A DNA stretch of 63,057 nt, the filler included, from an uncultured bacterium (GTDB lineage Bacteria; CAYJOG01), in assembly GCA_964371695.1 (NCBI GenBank). It is 26 parts of 26 records of this genome, joined end to end, with 100 filler letters (N's around TTAATTAATTAA, not from the genome) between each part and the next. Parts side by side here need not be neighbours in the genome. Positions count along the whole stretch, not along the records: positions 7,603 to 10,011 come from CAYJOG010000515.1; positions 10,112 to 12,517 come from CAYJOG010000516.1; positions 12,618 to 15,013 come from CAYJOG010000518.1; positions 15,114 to 17,505 come from CAYJOG010000519.1; 22 more parts are not named here. One strand, written 5' to 3'. The notes below the pieces were generated by a model that saw only the letters and a program-made list of their open reading frames with translations, had not been told where the DNA came from and did no database searches. The position numbers were made by a program, and so were the translations under genes. Every line of letters begins with the position of its first letter. Positions within the stretch are counted from its first letter, which is position 1. Below are positions 8,220 to 17,605 of this stretch, in pieces.

Positions 8220-9497
8220 TCAGTGCCCTTCGCCCACCACGCTGGCGGCGCAGCGCGCCCCAAAGGTGTTCAGAGCTTTTTCGGGTTCCATGTAATAACG
8301 GAAGCTGGCGCGGGTGGGCTGGCCGGTTTCGTTAAAGGCTCCCCCCCGCAGCACCACCGCCTTGCCAAAGGCCGGGCCTTTGGGGTTATACAGCAGGGCG
8401 TCCTGATAATAAGTGGGGCTGTACCAGTCCTGTGTCCACTCCCACAGGCCATCGGCGGTGTTCAGCAGGCCAAAGGGACTCATTTTGCTGTAACCATACT
8501 GGGGCCAGGGATTGGGCCGGGGCGGGTTGCCGTCTTTGGTGCGGGGGCCGGTATAGGCTTTGTCGGGCACGGCATAACGCCCCGCCGGTGAAATCTGGCC
8601 ATAGGGGCCACGGGCGGCTTTTTCCCATTCCGCCTCGGTGGGCAGGCGTTTGTTGAAGCTCTGGCACAGGCGGGCGGCGTCGTGCCACGACAACCCCTGA
8701 CGGCTGCCATAGGGGTTGCTGGTTTCTTTCTGATCGATGCAGAAGGCGTCCACCATCACCCGGTGATAGGGGCGTTCGTCGGCCTCGCACTGGGTGTCCA
8801 CCTGTGAGCAGCCCATGAAAAACTCGCCGCTGGGCACATAACACATGCCCGGCCCGCAGGGGCCTTGCACACAGGTTCCCCCGGCGATGGGATAAGACCA
8901 GTCCCGTTGACCAATCACATTGGAGGGCGGCATGGGGGCGTCGCCAAAGTTCACGGTGAGTTTGTCCACGCCGCCAGGGTTCACCACCAGCTTGCGGGTT
9001 TCTTCGCGGCCCTTGAAGCGCAGCGTGAGGGTGTGCGCCCCGGCGCTGACGCCCTCGAGCGTGAGGGGGGCGCGGTGTTTGGCCATTTTGCCGTCGAGCC
9101 ACACCTCGGCCTGACGGTCACTCAGCACGGTGAGGGTGCCCCGCTGGCGCTTGAGCGGCACCTTGGCGATGGGCCGCTCGGCCCAGTCTCCGGCGGGGGT
9201 GAGTTGGGCGTCCACCTTGGTCACCTTGCCGGTGCGCACTTCCACGGAGACCTGCTCCTGGGTGTAGTCCTGTTTTTTGAGGGTGAGCTGATATTTGCCC
9301 GGCGTGGTTTTGAGCGTGAAAGGGGTGAGGCCCTGGTATTTGCCATTGAGATAAACGTGGGCCGGGCCGGGGTAGCTGTCTACAAACAGTGTGCCGGGGT
9401 TGGGGGCCGCCACGGCCAGCACACCCAGGCCCAGCAGCACGGCGGTGATTCCCGCAAAAAGAGGCTGGCGATATTTCAGAAACAACCGGGCGCGCAT
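8220..9497 (-). CDS. secreted PEGA-domain + FGE-sulfatase (SUMF1-like) domain protein
   Basis: Signal peptide; two PEGA repeats (VDSYPGPAHVYLNG...GLTP); RLPTEAEWEKAARG, FGL.NTADGLWEW, VLRGG, GARC. Confidence 0.88.
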   Translation of the reverse strand: MRARLFLKYRQPLFAGITAVLLGLGVLAVAAPNPGTLFVDSYPGPAHVYLNGKYQGLTPFTLKTTPGKYQLTLKKQDYTQEQVSVEVRTGKVTKVDAQLTPAGDWAERPIAKVPLKRQRGTLTVLSDRQAEVWLDGKMAKHRAPLTLEGVSAGAHTLTLRFKGREETRKLVVNPGGVDKLTVNFGDAPMPPSNVIGQRDWSYPIAGGTCVQGPCGPGMCYVPSGEFFMGCSQVDTQCEADERPYHRVMVDAFCIDQKETSNPYGSRQGLSWHDAARLCQSFNKRLPTEAEWEKAARGPYGQISPAGRYAVPDKAYTGPRTKDGNPPRPNPWPQYGYSKMSPFGLLNTADGLWEWTQDWYSPTYYQDALLYNPKGPAFGKAVVLRGGAFNETGQPTRASFRYYMEPEKALNTFGARCAASVVGEGH

Positions 9498-9549
9498 GAA
9501 GCGGTAGACATTCTACATCAAACGGCTGGGCGTCAAACCTGCCCTGAGG

Positions 9550-10011
9550 TTAGATCACCTGATCTGCATGAATCTTCAGCTCCGGGCGCACCGACAGGCC
9601 CATGTGGTCCAGCAACACCCGCACCCCTTCGCGGCGCACAAATTTGAACGCCGGAATCATGTCGCTGTCGCCGGTGGCCACCACCATGCAGCGCACGATC
9701 TGTTTGAGCGCCATCTGGGCCATGTCCAGACCAATACGCAGGTCCACGCCTTTTTGCTGAATGTTGGGCACAAGATCACCCGCCTGGGGCTGGCGGGGAG
9801 ACTTGAGCATGTTCTTCATCGCTTTTTCGCCGATTTCCCATCCTCTCACCACCGTTTCACCTTTTCTCACCGCAAAGTCAGGCTCCTGTTCCAGACGCGC
9901 CAGCAGGGACTGGTTGCGCCGGGAGACCGGGGTGGTTTCCAGATTCAGACTCTCGCCGCTGATGGGGTTCACCAGTCTGCCCGTGGCGGGCGGGGCGTCG
10001 AAGAAATAGAC
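9550..10011 (-). CDS. NYN-domain (PIN-like) protein, 5'-truncated
   Basis: QQKGVDLRIGLD and TGDSDMIPA...RREGVRV acidic motifs. Confidence 0.88.
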   Translation of the reverse strand, partial: VYFFDAPPATGRLVNPISGESLNLETTPVSRRNQSLLARLEQEPDFAVRKGETVVRGWEIGEKAMKNMLKSPRQPQAGDLVPNIQQKGVDLRIGLDMAQMALKQIVRCMVVATGDSDMIPAFKFVRREGVRVLLDHMGLSVRPELKIHADQVI

Positions 10012-10111
10012 NNNNNNNNNNNNNNNNNNNNNNNNNNNNNNNNNNNNNNNNNNNNTTAATTAATTAANNNNNNNNNNNNNNNNNNNNNNNNNNNNNNNNN
10101 NNNNNNNNNNN

Positions 10112-11297
10112 GCTCACGGCAGGGGGTAATCCGCAAGCGGCGATGCCCCAGGAAAATGGTGTCGACCTCAGCAGCGCCGCCGCCAGTCTGGCCCACGATC
10201 TGAAAAACCTGTTGGGTGTGATGGGCACGGTGCGGGAATTACTGGAAGAAGAAACCCGCACCATGCCACGTCTGGGGGGATACTTTCACGAAATGGCCCA
10301 GGCTCAGATGGCGGCGGCTGAACTGTGCCGTGAACTCATGAACCTGTGTTCTCCCAAACCGGCGCAAGCACAGCCACTGTGCCTGGTGGAGGCGCTGANN
10401 NNNNNNNNCCAGGGGGTGCTTGGGCGCATTCTGGGGCGCACCGTTGTGCTTTCAATGACGCTGCCGCAGGAGCGGCTCCCCGTGGCCATGGACACCACCG
10501 TGTTTGAAATGATGCTGGTGAATTTGGCCGTGAACGCCCGTGATGCCATGCCCCAGGGCGGATATGTGTGGATTCAGTTGGACAGCGACTGTGGGCCAAT
10601 GGGGCAGGGAAAAGATGGGCTTCCTGGTAGAAACTTTGCCCGCATACAGATGACGGACACAGGCTGCGGCATGTCCGAAGAAACCCGTCAGCAGGCTTTT
10701 TATCCGTTTTACACCACCAAACCCCAGGGCAATGGCCTGGGGTTGTCCATGCTGCATCAACAGATGGTGGCCTGTGGTGGGTCTGTCACTGTCGCCAGCA
10801 AACCCGGCGAGGGCAGCACTTTTACACTGATGTTCCCGCTGGCGTCGCAAATGGTAGAGACCTCATTTGTGTTGCCCGAATCGGTGAGCCGGGATTTGCA
10901 GGGCCTTACGGTGCTTTTGGTGGAACCTCACCCCGCTTTGCTCAAGATGCTTGCACAACAATTACATCAGCGGGGGGCGCAGGTGCTCAAGGCGGGATCT
11001 GCCGAAGAAGCCGCCAGTTACCTCAAAACCTACACCAGCCCCATTGACCTGCTGCTGTGCGACGTGTGCCTGCCCAAGCTGGGGGGTGTGAAAGTGGCCG
11101 AATATGCGGTGTGGCAGCGGCCCGGCATCGGGGTGTTGTTCACCTCGGCCCAGTTGCCTGATGCAGCCGTGAACCAGTGGCTGGACAAACGGGGTGGGGG
11201 ATTTCTGCTGAAACCTTTTTCGCAGGAGGAATTGTTGGGGAAAATCCAGTTGCTGCGGGCAGAACAACCACCGGCGGTGGGGCAGGCAGAGGAATGA
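10112..11297 (+). CDS. hybrid sensor histidine kinase/response regulator (CckA-like), 5'-truncated, internal 10-N gap
   Basis: H-box AHDLKNLL, N-box NLAVNARDAM, DTGCGM, PFYTTK, GNGLGL; receiver LLLCDVCLP...LLKPF. Confidence 0.9.
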
Positions 11298-11373
11298 AAA
11301 ACCAACGTTGAGTCTGCAAGTAGGACGCCTCTGTGCTAATTTTCGCGGGCCGTTTTTTGCGGCGGGAGGCGAC

Positions 11374-12363
11374 ATGAAAGGCATCACGCTCAGCGAGCAC
11401 ATTCTGCGGGAAGAAGCCCTGCACCAGAAAACCTCCGGCGAGTTCACCCGTCTGCTCTATGACATTCTTTTTGCCGCCAAGGTTATTTCCCGCGAGGTGA
11501 ACAAGGCCGGACTGGTGGAAATCCTGGGCCTCACGGGCCATAAAAACGTGCAGGGCGAAGACGTGCAGAAGCTCGATGAGTTCGCCAACGAGACCATCAT
11601 CAACGCCCTGGCCCGCACGGGCCACCTGGCGGTGATGGCCAGCGAAGAGGTGGAAGGCCCCATTCCCGTGCCGCCGGACGCCGAGCCGGGGCACTACGCC
11701 CTGCTTTTTGACCCCCTCGACGGCAGTGGCAATATTGACACCAACGCCAGCATCGGCACGATTTTTTCCATCCTGCGGGTCATCGACCCCGGCGATGAAA
11801 TGAAAAATCTGCTGCAACCGGGCCACGCCCAGGTGTGCGCGGGTTATGTGCTTTATGGCAGCAGCACGGTGTTTGTCTACACCACGGGCCACGGTGTGCA
11901 TGGCTTCACGCTGGACCCCAGCGTGGGGGAGTTCCTGCTGTCGCATCCCAACATTCGCATGCCCGAAAAAAACACGATTCTTTCCGTGAACGAGGCCAAT
12001 TTTCACAAGTTTGACGAACCCATCCAGCGTTATCTGCGCTGGACGCTGGAAGACGACAAACCCACCGGGCGGCCCTATTCGCGGCGTTACATCGGTGCGC
12101 TGGTGGCGGATTTTCACCGCAATCTGCTCAGGGGGGGCACGTTTCTTTACCCCGCCGTGAGCGGCAAGGGCAAGCTGCGGCTGCTCTACGAAGCCAATCC
12201 GCTGGCTTTTATCGCCGAGCAGGCGGGGGGCTATGCCAGCACCGGCGCCCAGCGCATGCTGGACGTGACCCCCGAAAAACTCCACATGCGTGTGCCGCTG
12301 CTGATCGGTGTGAAGGGGGAAGTGGAGCGAATTGAGCGTTTTGTGCGGTGTGAGGAGGGGTAG
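11374..12363 (+). CDS. fbp: fructose-1,6-bisphosphatase class I
   Basis: NVQGEDVQKLD, SEE, FDPLDGSGNID, GKLRLLYEANP; GGAGG SD before ATG 11374. Confidence 0.96.
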   Translation: MKGITLSEHILREEALHQKTSGEFTRLLYDILFAAKVISREVNKAGLVEILGLTGHKNVQGEDVQKLDEFANETIINALARTGHLAVMASEEVEGPIPVPPDAEPGHYALLFDPLDGSGNIDTNASIGTIFSILRVIDPGDEMKNLLQPGHAQVCAGYVLYGSSTVFVYTTGHGVHGFTLDPSVGEFLLSHPNIRMPEKNTILSVNEANFHKFDEPIQRYLRWTLEDDKPTGRPYSRRYIGALVADFHRNLLRGGTFLYPAVSGKGKLRLLYEANPLAFIAEQAGGYASTGAQRMLDVTPEKLHMRVPLLIGVKGEVERIERFVRCEEG

Positions 12364-12414
12364 GCGGCTGTTTCTGGCCCGGCCGGTTTAATTCACACTC
12401 GAACATTGCCCCTA

Positions 12415-12517
12415 CAGAATTTGTTTGAAAAGTCCGTCGTGGACTTTTCAAACCCAACGCCATCGGGGGCAAAGCCCCCTCAGCGTGGCGAAAACCTCAA
12501 CTTTTTCAAAGTTTCGG
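12415..12517 (+). repeat. structured repeat family C
   Basis: 13-bp stem 12423-12453 followed by aacgccatcgggggc...gtggcgaaaacctcaactttttcaaag; shared with 54409-54480 and 60101-60170. Confidence 0.8.
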
Positions 12518-12617
12518 NNNNNNNNNNNNNNNNNNNNNNNNNNNNNNNNNNNNNNNNNNNNTTAATTAATTAANNNNNNNNNNNNNNNNNNNNNNNNNNN
12601 NNNNNNNNNNNNNNNNN

Positions 12618-14459
12618 GCTCACGGTGGTGTGGATCAGGGCCAGGCAGCGGGCCGGTATCAGGGCTACCGTTGGCTAAAAGGGTTGGGGGACGGACGTTT
12701 TGCTACCCCCAAGGACATGGATGCGGTGAGCCTGGACAGCCGCCACTGGTGGGGCGTCACAAGCCCGGCATTTGTGGAGGAAGGCCTGCCCCCCACGGCG
12801 GTTCTGGTGACACTGAATACGCAAGAACAAAACGGCTTGGTGCTGCCATTGGTGGAACAAGGTGTGCTGAAGGTGGACCCCTGGGCCAGCGGTGGCGGCG
12901 GTGCGCCCTTGAGAGAAATGCAGGTGGATTTTGGAGATGGTGCTGCGCCGGCGGTGGTGGCGGAAGCCGCCCTTTTGCAGGGGCAACCCATCGCGCACCA
13001 GTATGAAACAAATGGCCTTTTCACGGTGCGGCTCACGGTGCAGGACGAAGCCGGTCAAACGGATATTGATGAAAAACAGGTGCGGGTGATACGGGCGTCC
13101 GCCAGCAGGTTGATCGCCACGGTGCGCCCTGGCCCGGTGGGAGAAGGCCGGGTCAAAATTTACCCCGTGGGGGCGCATCCGGATTTTGCGGCGGGGGTTT
13201 CCTCCATTGTGGGGCCGGGCCGGGAGGTGGCCAGCGGTTATTACCAGGACATGAGCTTGGGGCGTGGCGTGGCGGCGGGCGACTTTGACCAGGATGGCGA
13301 CACCGACCTGTTGGTGCCCACTACCGATGGCGAAACCATGAGTGTGTTTCTCCTGCTAAACACGGGAGAGGACACTTTTCACAACACCTTGGTGGTGGAC
13401 CGGCTTTCACTGGGCAAAACGCGGGATGCGGGTGTACAGGGGGCGGCGGTGAGCGATTTTGACGGGGATGGCTGGCTGGACGCAGTTTTCTCGGGGGGCA
13501 ACCACACGCTTGTGGCGTTGCTGAATGACAAGAAGGGCAGCTTTGGGGTTATCACCAGTCCGTTGCACGGCAACATGCATTTGGGCCCCAAGGGCGTGGG
13601 TGACGTGGACGGTGATGGAAACATGGACGTGGCTTACGCCGATCTGAACCGCCACCACCACCGGGTGTTGTTCGCCGAGGGTGACGGAACGGGACGCTTT
13701 GCCGGCCCTGGTTCCCGGCAGTTGAGCAAAGGTGGACACGTGTTGTTAAAAGGATCCCGGCTGGAACCTTTCGCGCTGGCGGCGGGGGACTTAAACGGTG
13801 ATGGCCGGGTGGACGTGTTGGTGGACACCAGCGAAAAACGGAATGGCTTGAGGGAATTGACTTTTTTCGCGGCACAGGACGAAGGGCGTTTTGACGAAGG
13901 ACAAGCCGCAGGGGTGCAAAGCGCCGCACGGTTTGGCGTGGCGTTGTGGGATGCCGATGGCGACGGAAAAAAAGACCTCTTGAGCGGTGACGACGATGGT
14001 GTTTTGAAGTTGTACCCAGGTTTGGGAAATGGACGATTTGGCGCGGCTGTGGCGCTGGATGAAAACCAGGGAGCCATCGCCACGGTGGCCGTGCCGCAGG
14101 ACAGCAGTGGCACGGGGCCACCGCCGTCCACCGCCGTGATTAAGCAGGTCAGCGCCACCCCGCTGGAGGTTCCCCGACGGGGACAGCTCACTGTGCTTTG
14201 GAAGCTGGGCAGCGGCGTGTCGCCGTCCCCCGGGGGGCCAGACACGGTGAAGCTGGCCCTGATGGACAAGGCGCAAGCCCCCCTGCGGGATTTGAGTGAA
14301 CTGATTGTCTGTGGCGCCACGGCGCCGCAGGAATGCGAGGTTGAGGTTGACAACCGTTTCGGTGTCATCAGCCCTGGGGAGTATTTCCTGCTTCTTGAGG
14401 TAACCACCCGGCCAGGGGCGCCGCAAAACCAAGTCCTGATTCCAGTGAGCTTCTATTAA
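12618..14459 (+). CDS. secreted FG-GAP/VCBS-repeat protein with PKD domain, 5'-truncated
   Basis: DFGDG...HQY...G.FTVRLTV.D PKD motif; repeated D[FVL]DGDG..D calcium-blade motifs. Confidence 0.88.
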   Translation, partial: AHGGVDQGQAAGRYQGYRWLKGLGDGRFATPKDMDAVSLDSRHWWGVTSPAFVEEGLPPTAVLVTLNTQEQNGLVLPLVEQGVLKVDPWASGGGGAPLREMQVDFGDGAAPAVVAEAALLQGQPIAHQYETNGLFTVRLTVQDEAGQTDIDEKQVRVIRASASRLIATVRPGPVGEGRVKIYPVGAHPDFAAGVSSIVGPGREVASGYYQDMSLGRGVAAGDFDQDGDTDLLVPTTDGETMSVFLLLNTGEDTFHNTLVVDRLSLGKTRDAGVQGAAVSDFDGDGWLDAVFSGGNHTLVALLNDKKGSFGVITSPLHGNMHLGPKGVGDVDGDGNMDVAYADLNRHHHRVLFAEGDGTGRFAGPGSRQLSKGGHVLLKGSRLEPFALAAGDLNGDGRVDVLVDTSEKRNGLRELTFFAAQDEGRFDEGQAAGVQSAARFGVALWDADGDGKKDLLSGDDDGVLKLYPGLGNGRFGAAVALDENQGAIATVAVPQDSSGTGPPPSTAVIKQVSATPLEVPRRGQLTVLWKLGSGVSPSPGGPDTVKLALMDKAQAPLRDLSELIVCGATAPQECEVEVDNRFGVISPGEYFLLLEVTTRPGAPQNQVLIPVSFY

Positions 14460-14461
14460 TC

Positions 14462-15013
14462 ATGAAAAACACCGATAACTTAAATATTTTGCATCACACC
14501 GCCCGCTTTGGATGGTGGGTGACCCAGGTGGCTAAAACCAGCGCGTTGGTGCTGTGCTGGTGCGTGATGCTGTTGTGTTGGTTGACTCAGGGCCGGGCCA
14601 GCGCGCTTACTACCACCCTATATGTCCAGGACACCACCAACCTACGCCGCCCGGTGGGCATGGATTTTGACAGCCTCGGCAACCTCTACGTCACCACCAA
14701 AGGTAACGAAAAACTGTTCAAGATTCTGCCGGGGGGTGTGATCACCGAAATGGCTTCCGGGTTTTTTAACCCCGCGTTTGTGATGGTGGACCCGCAGGGC
14801 AATGTTTATGTCTCCGAGGACAACGGCAATGTGAGCAAGGTGACCCCAGGGGGTGTGAAAAGCCTGCTGGCAGTGCTGGATCAGCCGGAGCAGATGTTTT
14901 ATCACAGCGGCGACGGCTTAATGTACATCGCCCGACACGACGGCGTGAGCACCATCAACCTCACCACGGGCCAAGTGTCGTCCTATTGGGAAAACCCCAC
15001 ACATGGACTCACC
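14462..15013 (+). CDS. secreted NHL-like beta-propeller protein, 3'-truncated
   Basis: Signal-like N-terminus; repeats P.GM.FDSLGNLYV and P.FVMVDPQGNVYV. Confidence 0.75.
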
Positions 15014-15113
15014 NNNNNNNNNNNNNNNNNNNNNNNNNNNNNNNNNNNNNNNNNNNNTTAATTAATTAANNNNNNNNNNNNNNNNNNNNNNNNNNNNNNN
15101 NNNNNNNNNNNNN

Positions 15114-15186
15114 ATGAACATTCAAAACAGCAGAATGTTCATTGGTGGTGGGTTGCCAGCGCGGTGAGGACACCGCGCCTACTCCA
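15114..15186. repeat. repeat family A hairpin plus GCGCGGTGAGGACACCGCGCCTACTCC unit
   Basis: atgaacattc...gaatgttcat; the second unit recurs at 49097-49124, 54202-54228 and partially at 30029 and 4917. Confidence 0.8.
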
Positions 15187-15204
15187 TGTTTTTTGTAAAA
15201 GGGT

Positions 15205-16830
15205 TTACTCCGGTTTTTCCAGCAGGGCCACCATGTGTTCAGCGATGGTCTGTTTGGAGACTGCACCCGCCAGTTCAAACAAAGCCTTGGCGGCCTTGAG
15301 GTGACGCAGGGACTCGTTCCGGTCGCCGGTCTGGCCCCTCAGCACCCCCATGCTCAGATGGTTCATGCCCAGGCCTTCGTAATCTTCCAGGGCGCTGTCC
15401 AGTGCCAGGGCGCAGCGCAGCAGCAGCAGTGATTTGTCGGCTTGGCCTTTCAGCAGGGCCGTGCGGGCGAGGTAAGACGTGATGTCCGAGAGACCCTCAA
15501 TGTCGTCCAGTTTCTGGAATATTTCCGCCGCCCGTTCATAAGACCGCTCGGCCATGGCGTACATCCGCCGCTGGCTGTCGAGAGAGCCTTTCTGGATATA
15601 GGCCCGCGCCAGCACCTGGGGCCGCACGTTTTTGGTTTTTTCCAGAATCTGCAGCGCCTTGTGATAACTGGCCTCGGCCTCGGGCAGTTCCTCCAGTTGC
15701 TGGTGGGCCTGCCCCTTTTTCAGACACACCTGGGCCTGTTCCTGGGTGTTCTGCAGGGCGGCATAAATGCCCATGGCTGCGTCATAAATCTTCTGGGCTT
15801 CTTTCTGACGATGGGTCTTCACCAACAAGTCTCCCAGTAGCAGATGGGCGCTGGCCTTGAGCGCCGTGCTGCCCAGGGTGTTGAAGTGCTCCACCGCCTC
15901 TTTGGCTTCCACAATGGCCACTTCGGTTTGCCCGCGCCGCTGGTGCGACAGGGCCAGTTGATAAAATCCTTCGGCCTCGGCGGTGCGGTCGCCTGCCTCC
16001 TGACTCTCGTGAATCACCTGCCGCCACACCTGGGCCGCCAGGGCAAAACGGTGCACCTGCATCAGATAATGCCCCCAGGCCTTGAGCACGGTGCGGTCTT
16101 CGTTGAGCGAGAGCGCCTCCAGAAACGACAGTTCCGCCTCCACCCAGTGGCCTTCCATGGAAAGCGCCACGGCATTGCCCGCCGCCATCATGGCCGCGCC
16201 GGCCTTGTCCATCTTGAGGGTGGCGGCGTCAATCTCTACCTTCACCGGGCGAATCGCGTGCAAAAGATCTTCGGGATACTGCACCACCCGCACCGGCTGT
16301 TTGTGGCGGCTCACGCCCCGGCTGAAACGTTCGCAGAGGCCCATCAGGTCTTCCACCATCTGGCGCTTGAATTCATCCGCCCGGTCAAAGGTTTCCAGCA
16401 GAATGTGCGGCTCGGCGGCCAAGTCCTTTTTCAGCAACAGACGGCCATCCAGGGGTTGGCCGCCCAGGGACTGATCCGGCGTGAGGCCCTCAAAAAACAG
16501 CATCACCTGCAGGGCGGGGGCGTCTTTTTTGCGTTCGTCCGCCGCCCGGTCCACGGCGTATTTCAACAGGTGTTCGGTGGGGTCCGCCGGATTGGCCGCC
16601 GCCATCAGCCATTCTTTTGAAACCACCAGCAGGAGCGCGCCACCTGTGACGGGCAGGGTGGGGGTGTCCTCGCGCAGTGTGCCCAGTAGGTGGATGTGAA
16701 TTTTCAGGGCATCGGCAAAATGCCGCCGCACCCATTCCAGGGCTTCCCAGAATTGCTCCTGTTCTTCAGGCAGGTCGTCTGAAAAATGGACGGTGAGGTC
16801 CAGCGTTTTATAAGCGGCGTTTTCGGACAT
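15205..16830 (-). CDS. TPR-repeat protein with degenerate DUF4062/TIR-like N-terminal domain
   Basis: C-terminal MalT-like TPRs are clear; N-terminal alpha/beta domain (SDDLPEEQ, LLLVVSKEW, PTEH, VMLFF, ETFD...EF) resembles DUF4062 by eye. Confidence 0.75.
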   Translation of the reverse strand: MSENAAYKTLDLTVHFSDDLPEEQEQFWEALEWVRRHFADALKIHIHLLGTLREDTPTLPVTGGALLLVVSKEWLMAAANPADPTEHLLKYAVDRAADERKKDAPALQVMLFFEGLTPDQSLGGQPLDGRLLLKKDLAAEPHILLETFDRADEFKRQMVEDLMGLCERFSRGVSRHKQPVRVVQYPEDLLHAIRPVKVEIDAATLKMDKAGAAMMAAGNAVALSMEGHWVEAELSFLEALSLNEDRTVLKAWGHYLMQVHRFALAAQVWRQVIHESQEAGDRTAEAEGFYQLALSHQRRGQTEVAIVEAKEAVEHFNTLGSTALKASAHLLLGDLLVKTHRQKEAQKIYDAAMGIYAALQNTQEQAQVCLKKGQAHQQLEELPEAEASYHKALQILEKTKNVRPQVLARAYIQKGSLDSQRRMYAMAERSYERAAEIFQKLDDIEGLSDITSYLARTALLKGQADKSLLLLRCALALDSALEDYEGLGMNHLSMGVLRGQTGDRNESLRHLKAAKALFELAGAVSKQTIAEHMVALLEKPE

Positions 16831-16865
16831 GGCGGTATTCTAGCGGTCTGAGGTTCTTTGCAGCC

Positions 16866-17492
16866 ATGGCCCGAAAAAATGACCTGGATGAGTTGCTTGG
16901 GAAAATTCGTGACTGCCGGGCCTGTGAGGGCCAGATTCCCCTCGGCCCCAGGCCGGTGTTGCGGGCCAGCGCCACGGCCCGGCTGCTGATTGTGGGTCAG
17001 GCCCCCGGCACGCGGGTGCATGCCACGGGCATTCCCTGGAATGATCCCAGCGGCGACCGCTTGCGGAACTGGCTGGGGCTGGACCGGGATGTTTTTTATG
17101 ACGAAAGCCGTGTGGCCATTGTGCCCATGGGGTTTTGTTATCCGGGCAAGGGGGTCTCGGGAGATTTACCGCCCCGCACCGAGTGTGCCGCCTTTTGGCG
17201 AGCGCCGCTGCTCGCGCAACTCAAAAGGGTGCAGACAACCTTGTTGGTGGGCAGCTATGCCCAGGCGTGGCATCTGGGTGAGGAACGCGAAAACAGCCTT
17301 CAGAAAACGGTTCAGGTTTGGCGGCGATGGTTCCCCAGATTTGTCCCCATGCCGCACCCCTCACCCCGCAACACCCTGTGGCTCAAGCGCAACCCGTGGT
17401 TTGAAGCGGAAGTGCTGCCGGTGGTGAAACAGCGTGTTGCCGAAGTATTGATACAAATTTTCAATCGAAACAGCATTAACCCTGAGCGATGA
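16866..17492 (+). CDS. uracil-DNA glycosylase family protein
   Basis: GQAPG, PWNDPSG, FCYPG, PHPSPRN; the last ~14 codons come from repeat family A. Confidence 0.92.
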   Translation: MARKNDLDELLGKIRDCRACEGQIPLGPRPVLRASATARLLIVGQAPGTRVHATGIPWNDPSGDRLRNWLGLDRDVFYDESRVAIVPMGFCYPGKGVSGDLPPRTECAAFWRAPLLAQLKRVQTTLLVGSYAQAWHLGEERENSLQKTVQVWRRWFPRFVPMPHPSPRNTLWLKRNPWFEAEVLPVVKQRVAEVLIQIFNRNSINPER

Positions 17493-17504
17493 GCCGGTTT
17501 GGAA
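17449..17504 (-). repeat. terminal part of repeat family A overlapping the UDG 3' end
   Basis: Near-identical to 7449-7502. Confidence 0.9.
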
Positions 17505-17605
17505 ANNNNNNNNNNNNNNNNNNNNNNNNNNNNNNNNNNNNNNNNNNNNTTAATTAATTAANNNNNNNNNNNNNNNNNNNNNNNNNNNNNNNNNNNNNNN
17601 NNNNN

